64,000 nt of DNA from Candidatus Bathyarchaeota archaeon. GTDB taxonomy: Archaea; Thermoproteota; Bathyarchaeia; Bathyarchaeales; Bathycorpusculaceae. The notes below the pieces were generated by a model. The model was not told the DNA's origin. It searched no databases and saw only the letters and a program-made list of their open reading frames with translations. The translations under genes and the position numbers were made by a program. How positions within the stretch are numbered: position 1 is the stretch's first letter; each line of letters begins with the position of its first letter. The stretch lies in contig CAWHVC010000005.1 in assembly GCA_963832745.1 (NCBI GenBank), positions 544,001 through 608,000 on the forward strand. The letters are read 5' to 3'. Of this stretch, positions 20,001-29,426 are shown in pieces.

Positions 20001-20844
20001 TAAAGTAGGTTGTAACGTGGTATTGTAGTAGTTCGCTGAGGTCTTGTATGATAAGGGTTGGTGCGCCTGCTTCCATGTTTTCTTTTAGACGCTGGTTAAT
20101 TCTGATAATGTCTACAAGCTTGTGAGTTAAGTCGTCTTCAGAACGGATACCTGACTCCAAAGTGATTGATGGACGCACATACACTGGTGGAACTGGCAAA
20201 ACTTGGAGAACCATCCATTCTGGACGTGCAACTTTGGGGTTAAAACCTAAAACTTCAAGGTCTTCGTCAGAGACACGTTCAAGGCGTTCACGGATCATGC
20301 TTGGAGTTAAGGGCTCTGAACCTGATTCTGTTTGCTCGATAAATTTGGTTGGCTTCTCAAAGGTTATTTTGTATTGAACAGAGGCACAGTATGGGCATTG
20401 TTTTGCTTTGATGTCAGTCATGATTTCCTTGTAAACTTCATCTGGGATAGTGCCGAGCAGTTCATTGAATCTTTCGATTCTTTGGCGCGCTTTTTTGGAT
20501 GCTTCCTCAGAGAGTAAAATGCGTCCACAACTGCGGCAGGTTGATTTCAGGAGGTCAAAAATGATTTTTGTGAATTCGATGTGCACAATTGGTACTGCAA
20601 GTTCAATGTGACCAAAGTGTCCGGGGCATCGGATTGCTGTGTTTCCGCATGTTTTGCAGCGTTGTCGTGGCTCGAGTGTTCCTAAGCGGCCATCCATTAA
20701 GCCTGCAGTGATTGGTGCGCCGTCTTCGTCATAAGTGTCTGGTGTTTGGATTTCAACGACTGATTGTTTTCTGAGGTCTTTTGGCGAGATTAAACCGAAT
20801 GAGATTTCATCTACTACTTTATGAATTAATTCTTCCGATGCCAT
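17011..20844 (-). CDS. rpoA: RNA polymerase largest subunit, fused A'+A''
   Basis: CPGHFGH, NADFDGD, and AQSIGEPGTQMT in one 1277-aa ORF. Confidence 0.97.
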   Translation of the reverse strand: MASEELIHKVVDEISFGLISPKDLRKQSVVEIQTPDTYDEDGAPITAGLMDGRLGTLEPRQRCKTCGNTAIRCPGHFGHIELAVPIVHIEFTKIIFDLLKSTCRSCGRILLSEEASKKARQRIERFNELLGTIPDEVYKEIMTDIKAKQCPYCASVQYKITFEKPTKFIEQTESGSEPLTPSMIRERLERVSDEDLEVLGFNPKVARPEWMVLQVLPVPPVYVRPSITLESGIRSEDDLTHKLVDIIRINQRLKENMEAGAPTLIIQDLSELLQYHVTTYFNNEASGIPPARHRSGRALKTLSQRLKGKEGRFRSNLSGKRVDFSARTVISPDPNLDINEVGVPQDVAMRLSVPEKVTAWNIEEMKKYVINGPENYPGALYIIRPDGKRIRLEFVVDRTKIAEAVELGFVIERHLKNGDIAIFNRQPSLHRMSIMAHYVRVLPYKTFRMHLCVCPPYNADFDGDEMNLHVPQSEEARTESLLLMQVQDQILSPRFGGPIIGAIRDFVTSAYYFTRKGNYVNREQVDRLLTTTGYTGELPEPEIKEPQPMWSGKQIFSLFLPKTLNYVLKANICQGCTKCEEEECKHDAYVVVRNGQLVSGVIDRRSIGSEQSESLLHRIIKDYGTQAGRAFLNNITHLLKLFISMRGFSYTYDQLVLSPRARNRMAKTMDRIQKKIDEHIENYRNGTLPRLPGQTLEESFEIYVMHELATARDESGKIADEDFTLENAGIVMTRTGARGSSLNIGQMAACVGQQSVRGKRILRGYAGRALPHFVEGDPSPRARGFVYNSYQTGLDAIEFFFHAMGGREGLVDTAVRTQQSGYMQRRLINALEHIRLEYDSTVRDSAGDIIQFRYGEDGVDPAKSDHGKAVNVSRLIEQIKIGEGKGESAPADFIKKQLKGVEDQLTPILLDQLKSTLSKSKLSKKGVEKAATSTAEQYKRALMEPGEAVGIVAAQSIGEPGTQMTLRTFHYAGVKEQNVTLGLPRLIEIVDARRIPSTPIMTIYLMDEHAKSKEGAVSVARDIIYTSLENLASAIYEDPVKELIVVELNRTMMDDRSITMAEAKSRLETLNATVTVVDDSLEIKPKKAEALKRMLTKLPAAHIKGVPDIKRVLVTEESGEWVIRTDGSNLAKVLEITGVDTARTTTNNIHEIAKTLGVEAARNALVNEAKGVLEDQGLDVDVRHVMLVADMMTTTGDVQQIGRHGISGKKASVLARAAFEITVPNIVEAAVKGESDPLAGVTENVIVGQSIPIGTGLVELYMSTFENQEKDGGKTEA

Positions 20845-20846
20845 GA

Positions 20847-23800
20847 TTATGCTTTCTCCTTAAGTCTTAATTTTGGTGTAATACAGAGGCTCTGCAGTTC
20901 CTGCAGCAACAGTTTGAAAGCGTAAGACACAGTGACTGGCGCAACCTTTGCCTTTTCATCACAAATCTTGCAAACATAACGCCTCTGCTTCATGTCGAAA
21001 TAGGCGATTTGTCCACAGCTTTCACAAATGAATAGAGTATACTTGTCAGATTCTTCAAGCAACCTGTCTCTTAGCAGCATAGCAGCGCCGTGACCAATGA
21101 GGCAGTCTCGTTCCATTTCTCCGAATCTGAGACCACCACCTCTAGCACGACCTTCCGTTGGCTGTCGAGTAAGCATTTGGACTTGTCCTCTTGCTCTTGC
21201 ATGGATTTTGTCTGCAACCATGTGGTGAAGTTTCTGGTAATAGACAACACCGACGAAGATGTCTGCAACGAATTTTTCGCCTGTTGTACCATTATAGAAA
21301 ACATCGCTTCCTGTGTGACTGAAACCCAGCTTTACTAGGCTGTTGCGGATTTCGGTGGGACCTTCGTTTGAGAAGGGTGTGCCGTCGCCTGGTTTTCCTC
21401 TAGCTGCAGCTGCTTTGCCGCAGAGGGATTCAATGAACTGGCCGATGGTCATTCTTGAGGGGATAGCGTGTGGGTTAATGATTAAATCGGGCATTATGCC
21501 TTCGTCTGTGAATGGCAAGTTTTCTGGTGGAACAATAAGGCCGATGACACCTTTCTGTCCGTGACGGCTTGCGAATTTGTCGCCGAGTTCAGGAATTCTT
21601 TGGTCTCTTACGCGTACTTTGACGAGTTGGCTTCCTTCGCCGGATTCAGTGATGAATATGCCGTCGACAATTCCGGTTTCGCTTGGACGCATGTCCACGC
21701 TGGTATCACGCATTGATGGACCTTTTACTTCGAATTCTTTGTATTCTTCAAGGAATCTTGGTGGGCTAATTCTACCGATGAGGACGTCTCCGCCGACTAC
21801 TTGGGATTCAAGGCTGATGATTCCGTCTGGTTCAAGCAGGCGGTAATATTGTTCGCCTCGGTAGCCGCGTGTTCCGGCTTCGGGGACTGTGAATTTGTCT
21901 TTTAAGCCACCGAGATATTGGCGGCATTCGGCTTCGTAGATACGGTAGAATGTTGACCTGAATAATCCACGTTGAATTGATGCTTGGTTGAAGATGATAG
22001 CGTCTTCCATGTTGTAGCCTTCGAAGCTTAACACGGCGACGATACAGTTTTGGCCTGTGGGGCGTTGTTTGTAACCCATGACTTCCATGTTTTCTGTTTG
22101 GACTAATGGTACCTGTGGATAATGTAGTATGTGACTGCGGGAGTCTGTTCTGTTGTGGAAGTTTGTTCCATAAACACCGAGAGCTTGTTTGGCCATTGCT
22201 GCTTGGTAAGAGTTTCTTGGTGACTGGTTGTGTTCTGGATACGGAATTGTTGAAGCACAGATGCCAAGGATTGTGTATGTTGCTATTTCTAAGTGGGTTG
22301 TTTCTGGTTTAATATCATCGTAGGATATGGCTATGAAAGCGTTTTCTTCTTCTTCAGCGTCTAAGTATTCTATGTAGCCTGCTTTGATTATGTCTTCCCA
22401 TGCCCATTCGCCGAGTCCAATTTTTTCGATATGTTTAGGTTGTAGTTTTGGGACACCGTTTTCAACAATGATTAATGGGCGTCTAACACGTCCTTCGTCA
22501 GAGTTTGCGTGGACTTCTTCGGTTGAAGTTTGTGATTTGTTAAAGTAGGTGATGTTTACTTCTGTTGATATTTCGCCTGAACGTCGTTTTTCACGGAAGC
22601 TTTTAACCATTGCTTGGGATGAACTGTGGTAGCCAATGATGTTTCCGTCGACGAAAACTTTGGCGCCTGACATTCTTTGCTCAATTGTTACTTCTGCAGC
22701 TGGAATTGTGCCCATTTCGAAGAGTATCTGCTTTATTCGGTCTGGGTTTACTCCTACTGCGATTGTGGCGGATAACGCCAAGTTTTTGACGAGACCACAA
22801 TTTGAGCCTTCAGGGGTTTCGTTTGGACAAAGTCTGCCCCAGTGAGTAGGGTGTAAGTCTCTGGCTTCGAAGTTTGGTTGACTTCTGCTGAGGGGTGACT
22901 GGAGGCGTCTTAGGTGGCTCAGGGTTGAAATGTAGTTTGTTCTGTCAAGTAGTTGTGTGATGCCGACTCTTCCTCTGCCCCAGTTTCCTGTTGCCAGTGC
23001 GTGCTGGAATCTTTCTGTGATGATACCTGGTCTGACTGCGGCTGAAACTGTAATGATGGGTCCTTTAACGCCGATGCGTTCAAGCTGGTATTTTATGTCG
23101 CGTGTTAAGTTGCGGAATGATACGCGGAAAAGGTCAGCTAGCAGTGGACCACCAAGGCGTAGACGTTTGTTTTTGAAGTGGTCTTTGTCGTCTTGTTGGC
23201 GTATACCCATTTTTAGTTGGATAACGCGGTAGGCCATTTCGCCTAGGAAGTTGGCTTTTTCTTTACGGTTTGCGTCACTTCTGCCCAAGTGGGGTAAGAA
23301 GTTTTTGTCGAGAGCAGTTTCGGCTTTTTGGAGTCGATATTCTTCGACTTGTCCGTGGGCGACACGGTTGCCGATGAAAAGGATTGCGTCTGATGGTGTG
23401 TCGACGCCGACTGCTTTCTCGAATGAAGCTGCAAGTTGTGCTTGAAGGTCTTTGTCAAGACTTACTGCTTCTGCGATGTCTTTGTCTTTTTCCATGCTTA
23501 ATGCGCGCATGATGACGACGAACGGGATTTCGGTGGGTACACCGGGCATTGTTACGTAGATTGCGTCGTCTGATTTTAGTTTGAGTTCGATTCTTGCGCG
23601 GAAACCAACGGTTGTTGAGAAGATTTTTGCTTGGTAAATTGGGCTGGTTCCTTTATCGTCTATGTCGACGATTACGCGGTTTGGTGCTAAGTCTTCCATG
23701 GCTACGATTACGCGTTCGGAACCGTTTACGACGAAGTATCCTCCTGGGTCGTCTGGGTCTTCGCCGGCTGCGATTAGTTCTTCGCGGCTGAGTTGGCTGA

Positions 23801-24224
23801 GGAAGCAAAGTTTGCTTTTCAGCATGACTGGGATATTTCCGATGTAGACAAGTTCTGTGTCTTGTTCGCGTCCGTCCACGATTGGGGTCATTTCAAGCGC
23901 AACTGGGGCGGCGTACGCCAAGTTTCTTAGGCGTCCTTCCATTGGATAGATTTCGTGTTTTGTTCCGTCTACTTCGGTTACGTAGGGACCTGTGATTCTG
24001 CTTTGTGGGTCGATTACCCAGATTTGACCTAGTTTTACTTTGTATGGGTTATCTGGGACTTCAATGGGGATTTCAGCTACTTCGTCCACCACTTCCTGTA
24101 ATCCGTGGTCGATGAATTCGTTGTAGCTGTCAAGGTGCTGCCTTACTAGGCCTTTGTCGTTGAAAAATGCTTTCAATAATAAATGTATATCTTCTTTCTG
24201 TATTTCTGTCATTTTACTAAACAT
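20847..24224 (-). CDS. rpoB: RNA polymerase subunit B (unsplit)
   Basis: GGYFVVNGSER, GDKFASRHGQKG, GGLRFGEMERD, C-terminal Zn ribbon. Confidence 0.98.
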   Translation of the reverse strand: MFSKMTEIQKEDIHLLLKAFFNDKGLVRQHLDSYNEFIDHGLQEVVDEVAEIPIEVPDNPYKVKLGQIWVIDPQSRITGPYVTEVDGTKHEIYPMEGRLRNLAYAAPVALEMTPIVDGREQDTELVYIGNIPVMLKSKLCFLSQLSREELIAAGEDPDDPGGYFVVNGSERVIVAMEDLAPNRVIVDIDDKGTSPIYQAKIFSTTVGFRARIELKLKSDDAIYVTMPGVPTEIPFVVIMRALSMEKDKDIAEAVSLDKDLQAQLAASFEKAVGVDTPSDAILFIGNRVAHGQVEEYRLQKAETALDKNFLPHLGRSDANRKEKANFLGEMAYRVIQLKMGIRQQDDKDHFKNKRLRLGGPLLADLFRVSFRNLTRDIKYQLERIGVKGPIITVSAAVRPGIITERFQHALATGNWGRGRVGITQLLDRTNYISTLSHLRRLQSPLSRSQPNFEARDLHPTHWGRLCPNETPEGSNCGLVKNLALSATIAVGVNPDRIKQILFEMGTIPAAEVTIEQRMSGAKVFVDGNIIGYHSSSQAMVKSFREKRRSGEISTEVNITYFNKSQTSTEEVHANSDEGRVRRPLIIVENGVPKLQPKHIEKIGLGEWAWEDIIKAGYIEYLDAEEEENAFIAISYDDIKPETTHLEIATYTILGICASTIPYPEHNQSPRNSYQAAMAKQALGVYGTNFHNRTDSRSHILHYPQVPLVQTENMEVMGYKQRPTGQNCIVAVLSFEGYNMEDAIIFNQASIQRGLFRSTFYRIYEAECRQYLGGLKDKFTVPEAGTRGYRGEQYYRLLEPDGIISLESQVVGGDVLIGRISPPRFLEEYKEFEVKGPSMRDTSVDMRPSETGIVDGIFITESGEGSQLVKVRVRDQRIPELGDKFASRHGQKGVIGLIVPPENLPFTDEGIMPDLIINPHAIPSRMTIGQFIESLCGKAAAARGKPGDGTPFSNEGPTEIRNSLVKLGFSHTGSDVFYNGTTGEKFVADIFVGVVYYQKLHHMVADKIHARARGQVQMLTRQPTEGRARGGGLRFGEMERDCLIGHGAAMLLRDRLLEESDKYTLFICESCGQIAYFDMKQRRYVCKICDEKAKVAPVTVSYAFKLLLQELQSLCITPKLRLKEKA

Positions 24225-24610
24225 TCTCCAATCAGGTTAAACGAGTGAGGGTGAAACCTTGCTAAGCCTGTCTTTCTCACGTGAAAAAGGTTCTCCTACG
24301 TTTTCTGAGAGCACAAACACATGCTACGTAGCTAACTTATAAACATTGTTACGACGTATGCGTCTAAACTGTGGGTTGACTAAACTTTCATAGAGTCACT
24401 ACACAAAAATAACTCTTTTGGAATGCGCCAAACCCTCAAAAAGCGAGCGCAGCAACAAAAAACAGCAGAAAACGCCAAACAGGCACAACACGCACGCAAA
24501 GACGGCGCAGACAGAAGCGGCAACGGTTTTTCAGGCAACAAACCGCTGACTGCAGGTTTTTGTGGTAGTTTAGGCCAAGGCAAATAACATAAAAAAGCTT
24601 AGCACTGTTT

Positions 24611-24700
24611 TTCAACATGTTAATGGCGTGGTTTTTAGCCATTAAAGACCTACCCCTATAGGTTTCAACATAGAACCTCTATTAGAATCCTAATAGGTTG
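24611..24700 (+). repeat. Dispersed intergenic repeat, copy B
   Basis: TTCAACATGTTAATG...GACCTACCCCTATAGGTTTCAACATAGAACCTCTATTAGAATCCTAATAGGTTG. Confidence 0.85.
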
Positions 24701-24863
24701 ATATGAAAAGTAAAGCAGTGACAGTAGTGAATGGCAAAATTAGCATACCCATTCAAAAACCTCAAAGCAAATCTCGCATCCAAACGCAAAGTTTCCAGAA
24801 ACCCAAAAACCCAAACAGCCATTTAAACAATTTTGGAAAACAAAAAAACCCTTTTAAAAACAA

Positions 24864-25181
24864 CTAATACCTAACAATTTTATATCTGTCCCTGCCCAGT
24901 TGCCTCTTACGCTTCTCTTCAGCTTCGGTGACTTTGGAGTTGCCAGTTTTAACTTGGTAAACTTTGGGTTTGCCGATTTCGTTGCCAAAAAAGTCTCGTT
25001 CCTGAACCACAAAGTCGCCGCCTTTACGAATTTTGACGCAGTCATTGCCTATCATGGCTTGGTCAAAAGCGAAGCGGTCACGCGCAATTTTGCCTGCCGT
25101 TTTACGGGGTGGTTCAGTAAAACGCCTGTTTGTGTTTCCGAATCCGTACGGTTTCTTGTCGGTTGAAGCTTTTTTGGGCAA
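24864..25181 (-). CDS. Small putative PD-(D/E)xK nuclease-fold protein
   Basis: GGDFVV...YQVKTG pattern (D...QxK) in 105 aa. Confidence 0.55.
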   Translation of the reverse strand: MPKKASTDKKPYGFGNTNRRFTEPPRKTAGKIARDRFAFDQAMIGNDCVKIRKGGDFVVQERDFFGNEIGKPKVYQVKTGNSKVTEAEEKRKRQLGRDRYKIVRY

Positions 25182-25232
25182 TTAATACAGCTCGTAGGGC
25201 AGCTATTTGTTGAAGAATAATTTTAAGGTTTG

Positions 25233-26117
25233 TCAGCGGTTAATTATTTCCAAGATTGCAGCAGTGTTGTCGTTGGCTGTTTTGGCGGTTATGATGGGCA
25301 AAAGATTTTTGTCTGCTTCATATCCAATACTGTTACGTTCATTTTTCAATGCAACTTTAATTGTTGTTCCTGAGCCTAAAAAGGGGTCAAGGACTGTGTC
25401 ACCTTTGACGCTAAACATTTTGATTAGCCTCTCCGCAATTTCGTCTGGGTAAGCGGCAGTTCTACGTTCCAGTTCCTCTACGGTTTGCCTTGAGCCTTTA
25501 AGGGTCCAGATTTGGCTGAACCATTCATCCCGTTGCACTTTTGTAATCTTGCTTTCATACCGCACGTGGTCGTGGGGTGGAAACTTGCGCAGATTTCCCT
25601 TGCGGAAAAGCAGAATAAACTCGCAGTCCAGCGTAACGTAAGCGTTTGGAGGCAGGAAACCTGAACCCAAAAACGCGCCCTTGCCCTTGTAGTGGGGTTT
25701 AGTAGTGGGTTTCTTCCACAAAATGTACGGAAGGGTGGTGAAGCCGATTTTTTCACAGACCTCAACAATCCGGCTGTGGTTTGGGAAAAGCTGGAATTTG
25801 CCATTTACCCTGCGAGTAGCATCTCCAACATTTATAGCTGCAATGCCACCGTCAACCAGCACCCGGTATGTTTCCTGCCAAGTTTTTGCCAAATTTTCAT
25901 GCATCAAATCATAAATTTGCCCAACAACTCTGCCGAATTTAGGTGAATCAAGCCTTTTCCACAGGCGAGCGATTTTTGGGTCAGTCTGGCAGAACTGTTG
26001 GTCCCACATTTGAATCATCGGATACGGCGGCGATGTAAGCATTAAATGGACGCTGTGGTCGGCGACTTCAGGCATACTTTGGCTGTTGCCTATGACTATT
26101 TTGTGCTGGGTCTGCAT
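25233..26117 (-). CDS. DNA amino-methyltransferase (N4-C/N6-A), beta class
   Basis: TSPPY motif IV precedes DPFLGSGTT motif I. Confidence 0.93.
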   Translation of the reverse strand: MQTQHKIVIGNSQSMPEVADHSVHLMLTSPPYPMIQMWDQQFCQTDPKIARLWKRLDSPKFGRVVGQIYDLMHENLAKTWQETYRVLVDGGIAAINVGDATRRVNGKFQLFPNHSRIVEVCEKIGFTTLPYILWKKPTTKPHYKGKGAFLGSGFLPPNAYVTLDCEFILLFRKGNLRKFPPHDHVRYESKITKVQRDEWFSQIWTLKGSRQTVEELERRTAAYPDEIAERLIKMFSVKGDTVLDPFLGSGTTIKVALKNERNSIGYEADKNLLPIITAKTANDNTAAILEIINR

Positions 26118-26251
26118 CTTAACCGTATTTAACAGTGGTTGTTGCTTAATCTTTTTTGGTAATTGCAGGTTTTCAGTTTGATTTTAAATCTGTATTTTGC
26201 TTTCATAAGGGATACATTAGGCGACGCCTCAAAATTGTCAGGCGACCAGAA

Positions 26252-27904
26252 GTGAAACCGGATTCGGCTAAAGCCCATAAGTTACTTGCCGTCTTTTTAG
26301 CCGTAGCTATGCTGACATTCACTTTTGCCGTTAACGTCGAATCCGGGTACGCATCAGATGTGCCAGTTGAAACCCAAAGATTTGTCCACAACTACACAAT
26401 CGCTTCTGGAAGCGGCACGTATATCGAGAAACCAGTGTTTCCCGTACAAATCAGCAACGTAACCATTCCTATAGGTGAAAGCTACACAATCATTTGCCCC
26501 TTAGTGGCAGATTACTCTTATCACGTATACTGTTACGGTGACTGGGTACACACTGGACCAGAACCCAAAACCGATTACGACATTTACGTTTACAATCCGC
26601 AAGGCACTTTGGAAAGCACACACACGGAAGCTGCAGGCCTACCCGAGCATTTGGGAACCACAGTGGATGCACCATACTTTACTCCAGAGCAAAGCGGCAA
26701 CTACACCTTTGTGCTCACCAATGACGCCCGTGAAAGCAGCGGGTCAGAACCAGCCACATTCATGCTCATCCAACATTTAGACTGCGACCAATGGTACACG
26801 CAAGAAGTGAAAGGCAAAAGCGGCAGCCAACCACAACTACAAACCAGCTGGGCCTATGAATTCGTAACCAACAGCACACAGATTGAAGTTTACGTGAAAG
26901 TGCCTGACACGCTTGACATGTATGAGGCACGCCTGTATTTGATGAGCGATACTAACTCTACCAGTATCAACAGTACGCCGTTGCCTTGGGAACCGGGACT
27001 TTACGGAAACATAACCGTAGGCAGCATTATAGGCGGCTACAACTTGGAAAGCGAAGGCTACCGTGGAGTAGCATACGCAAGCTGCGAACACTTGGGACAA
27101 GACATGTACATGAAATACGTTATCCCCACAACAAATCAGACAACTGTTAACGGGACAAAAAACCTGTTTCACTTGGTGCTGATGGGTGAAGTCGGCGAAG
27201 GCACAATTGATTTTTTGGTTAAAACCAATTTCGGCGGCGGCTTAACAGCCAACAACCAAATAATAAAAATAACCCCAGATGATGAAGTCAAATTAAGTTA
27301 TGATTCAAGCACTAATCCGTTACGGAAGGCGTTTTTGCAGTATTCCACAAATGACTGGGCAAGCTTTACCGAAACCGAAATGGCGGTAGATAACCGTACA
27401 TGCAACGCTACAATCCCCAAACAATCAGCAGGCACCACCGTAAAATACAAAGTAACCGCTTTGGATACGCTTGAGAATAATTTAACGGCAACCGGAGAAT
27501 ACATCGTAAAGTTGAATGTTATAATGTCAGGTTTCGACGCTACACCAGACACGGTGCTGATTGGAAACAACATCACTTTTACAGGAAACATTGGAAAAGA
27601 AGCAGCAGGCGAAACCATAACCGTACAGGTCATGTCGGCGTTTCAAACAGAATACATCGAAACCACCGCGGGACAGGACGGAAGCTTTACAGCGCAGTTT
27701 ACACCAAACGCGACAGGCACATGGACCGCCCAAGCAAATTACAAGGGAAACAACAAAATCTACGAAACCAACAGCCCAATAATCCAGTTTGAATCAGCCG
27801 AACCCAACTTAATCCAGAAAAACAGCCTAATCTTCGGCGTGGGTTTCATAGGCGTTGTCGCAGCATTCGGCGCTGTGGTATATATTAAAAACAAACGCAG
27901 TTAA
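26252..27904 (+). CDS. Surface protein with Ig-like domains and C-terminal TM anchor
   Basis: ORF 26156..27904, likelier GTG start 26252; signal peptide, DYDIYVYNP, GTWTAQANY, TM plus YIKNKRS. Confidence 0.8.
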   Translation: MKPDSAKAHKLLAVFLAVAMLTFTFAVNVESGYASDVPVETQRFVHNYTIASGSGTYIEKPVFPVQISNVTIPIGESYTIICPLVADYSYHVYCYGDWVHTGPEPKTDYDIYVYNPQGTLESTHTEAAGLPEHLGTTVDAPYFTPEQSGNYTFVLTNDARESSGSEPATFMLIQHLDCDQWYTQEVKGKSGSQPQLQTSWAYEFVTNSTQIEVYVKVPDTLDMYEARLYLMSDTNSTSINSTPLPWEPGLYGNITVGSIIGGYNLESEGYRGVAYASCEHLGQDMYMKYVIPTTNQTTVNGTKNLFHLVLMGEVGEGTIDFLVKTNFGGGLTANNQIIKITPDDEVKLSYDSSTNPLRKAFLQYSTNDWASFTETEMAVDNRTCNATIPKQSAGTTVKYKVTALDTLENNLTATGEYIVKLNVIMSGFDATPDTVLIGNNITFTGNIGKEAAGETITVQVMSAFQTEYIETTAGQDGSFTAQFTPNATGTWTAQANYKGNNKIYETNSPIIQFESAEPNLIQKNSLIFGVGFIGVVAAFGAVVYIKNKRS

Positions 27905-27974
27905 GCCTCAAGTTTGTAGGAAATAATATAATAAGGAGGAACTAACCTTTTGTTTTTGCCTGAATCTTTTTTGG

Positions 27975-28101
27975 GCTACGGTAACCAAGCCAGGTCAAAG
28001 GTGAAGGACTCAAGATCAAAACATTTGGCCGGCAAGGCCCCATGTGATGGGAAATCCTTTCCCGCAGGGGTTCGCAGGTTCGAATCCTGCCCGTAGCACC
28101 A
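27975..28101 (+). tRNA. tRNA-Leu(CAA) with 39-nt intron at 37/38 (28015-28053), CCA encoded
   Basis: Acceptor GCTACGG/CCGTAGC, anticodon stem AAGGA/TCCTT, CT-CAA-G, long variable arm, GGTTCGAATCC. Confidence 0.93.
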
Positions 28102-28119
28102 ACCAAACCCAGAAATGCC

Positions 28120-29040
28120 TTATTTTAGAGACTTAAGAAAATCTTCAATGTCTTCAATATACCTGAAGTTAAGGACTTTACGTGTATTCTGTTTAGTAAC
28201 AAAATCTTTAAGCATCCAAAAAACGTGTTCCCGGACTTCTTGAGAGGAACCCCGAGTATCAAACTCATTGTAAAGTTCAATGAAACGCAAAATCTGTCGT
28301 CTTATACCCTCATTATCGATTTGTGCGCTTTGCGGGTCAAAAATCCATGGACTATCCCTTGCGCCCCGCCCTATCATGACAAAGTCGCAGCCAGTCCGCT
28401 CTAACAGGCTAACGCCCTCCGCGTAACTGGTGACGTCGCCGTTTGCCATTACAGGAATGCTGAGTTTTTCTTTCACCTGCTTCATAATTGTCCAGTTTAC
28501 CCGTTTGGCGAGTTTCTGCTCAACCGTCCTGCCGTGAATACAAACAGCTGCTACCCCCGCGTTTTGCAACATCTGGGCAACCTTTACAGCGTTGATGTTT
28601 TGCGAGTCCATGCCTATTCGGATTTTTGCCGTGACAGGCTTCTCCGTCGCTTGGACCATTTTTGTAACAAGCTTTTCCAGCAAAGGAAGATTTGACAGCA
28701 AAAAAGCGCCGTAGCCTTGCTCCAAAATTTCTTTTTCACTGCAACCAACATTGAAGTCGATGATGTCGGCAAACTCTTCCACCTGCCTGACGCTTTTAAT
28801 TAATGAGGTTTCGTTGTTGCCTATTAATTGGACGCTTACGGGTCTTTCGGACTCCTGTATGTTGAGGAGTTCTTTTACTTCGCGCCTGTTCTTGTTTTTA
28901 ACTTGTTCGACGTCGAACATTTGAGTGTAAACTAGGCCTGCATGGTTTTCTTTGCATAGCATGCGGAAAGCGGTGCAGTTTACGGCTGCCATGGGCGCCA
29001 ACACGAATTGGCTGTTAATGTCGACGTTTCCTATTTTCAT
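28120..29040 (-). CDS. dus: tRNA-dihydrouridine synthase (Dus family)
   Basis: LAPMA, VQL, DFNVGC, KIRIG, IHGRT, ANGDV, VMIGRG. Confidence 0.93.
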   Translation of the reverse strand: MKIGNVDINSQFVLAPMAAVNCTAFRMLCKENHAGLVYTQMFDVEQVKNKNRREVKELLNIQESERPVSVQLIGNNETSLIKSVRQVEEFADIIDFNVGCSEKEILEQGYGAFLLSNLPLLEKLVTKMVQATEKPVTAKIRIGMDSQNINAVKVAQMLQNAGVAAVCIHGRTVEQKLAKRVNWTIMKQVKEKLSIPVMANGDVTSYAEGVSLLERTGCDFVMIGRGARDSPWIFDPQSAQIDNEGIRRQILRFIELYNEFDTRGSSQEVREHVFWMLKDFVTKQNTRKVLNFRYIEDIEDFLKSLK

Positions 29041-29174
29041 AAGAATTCTTCTTTTTCACTGGTGCGTAGGACATTTTTAACCTTATGTTTAAAAAAGCTA
29101 ACTAATTAAAAAATGGCAGGTTCATAGTGTAATTTTAATACAGCATAGCACCCTTTTAAGAGGTAATCTTTTGC

Positions 29175-29426
29175 TTGGTGGCTTGGTTGACTAAGACAAT
29201 CTTAACTGAAGAAGAAAAGTTGCAACTTAAATTCATAGCTTTGGAGCTTGCTGAGATTCGAAAACAACTTCTTCAACTGACCGAAACCATAGTAAAGCTT
29301 AGTGACAAAAAATTTTTAGAAATATTCAATGTAGCCAAAGATGATTTTACCGAAAAACAGCTGGACAACTACCAGTTGGGACTACAAAAACAAGCAGACA
29401 CAACAGAAGACGAATTCCGATACTAA
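29175..29426 (+). CDS. Hypothetical helical protein
   Basis: 83-aa ORF with upstream GAGGT; no motif. Confidence 0.55.
   Translation: MVAWLTKTILTEEEKLQLKFIALELAEIRKQLLQLTETIVKLSDKKFLEIFNVAKDDFTEKQLDNYQLGLQKQADTTEDEFRY

Noticed and set aside
16218-23847. Many plus-strand ORFs of 60-200 aa
   Set aside because: Antisense shadows of nusA, rpl30e, rpoA and rpoB
17011-24224. Inteins in RNA polymerase subunits
   Set aside because: Lengths are normal and no splicing motifs or insertions were seen
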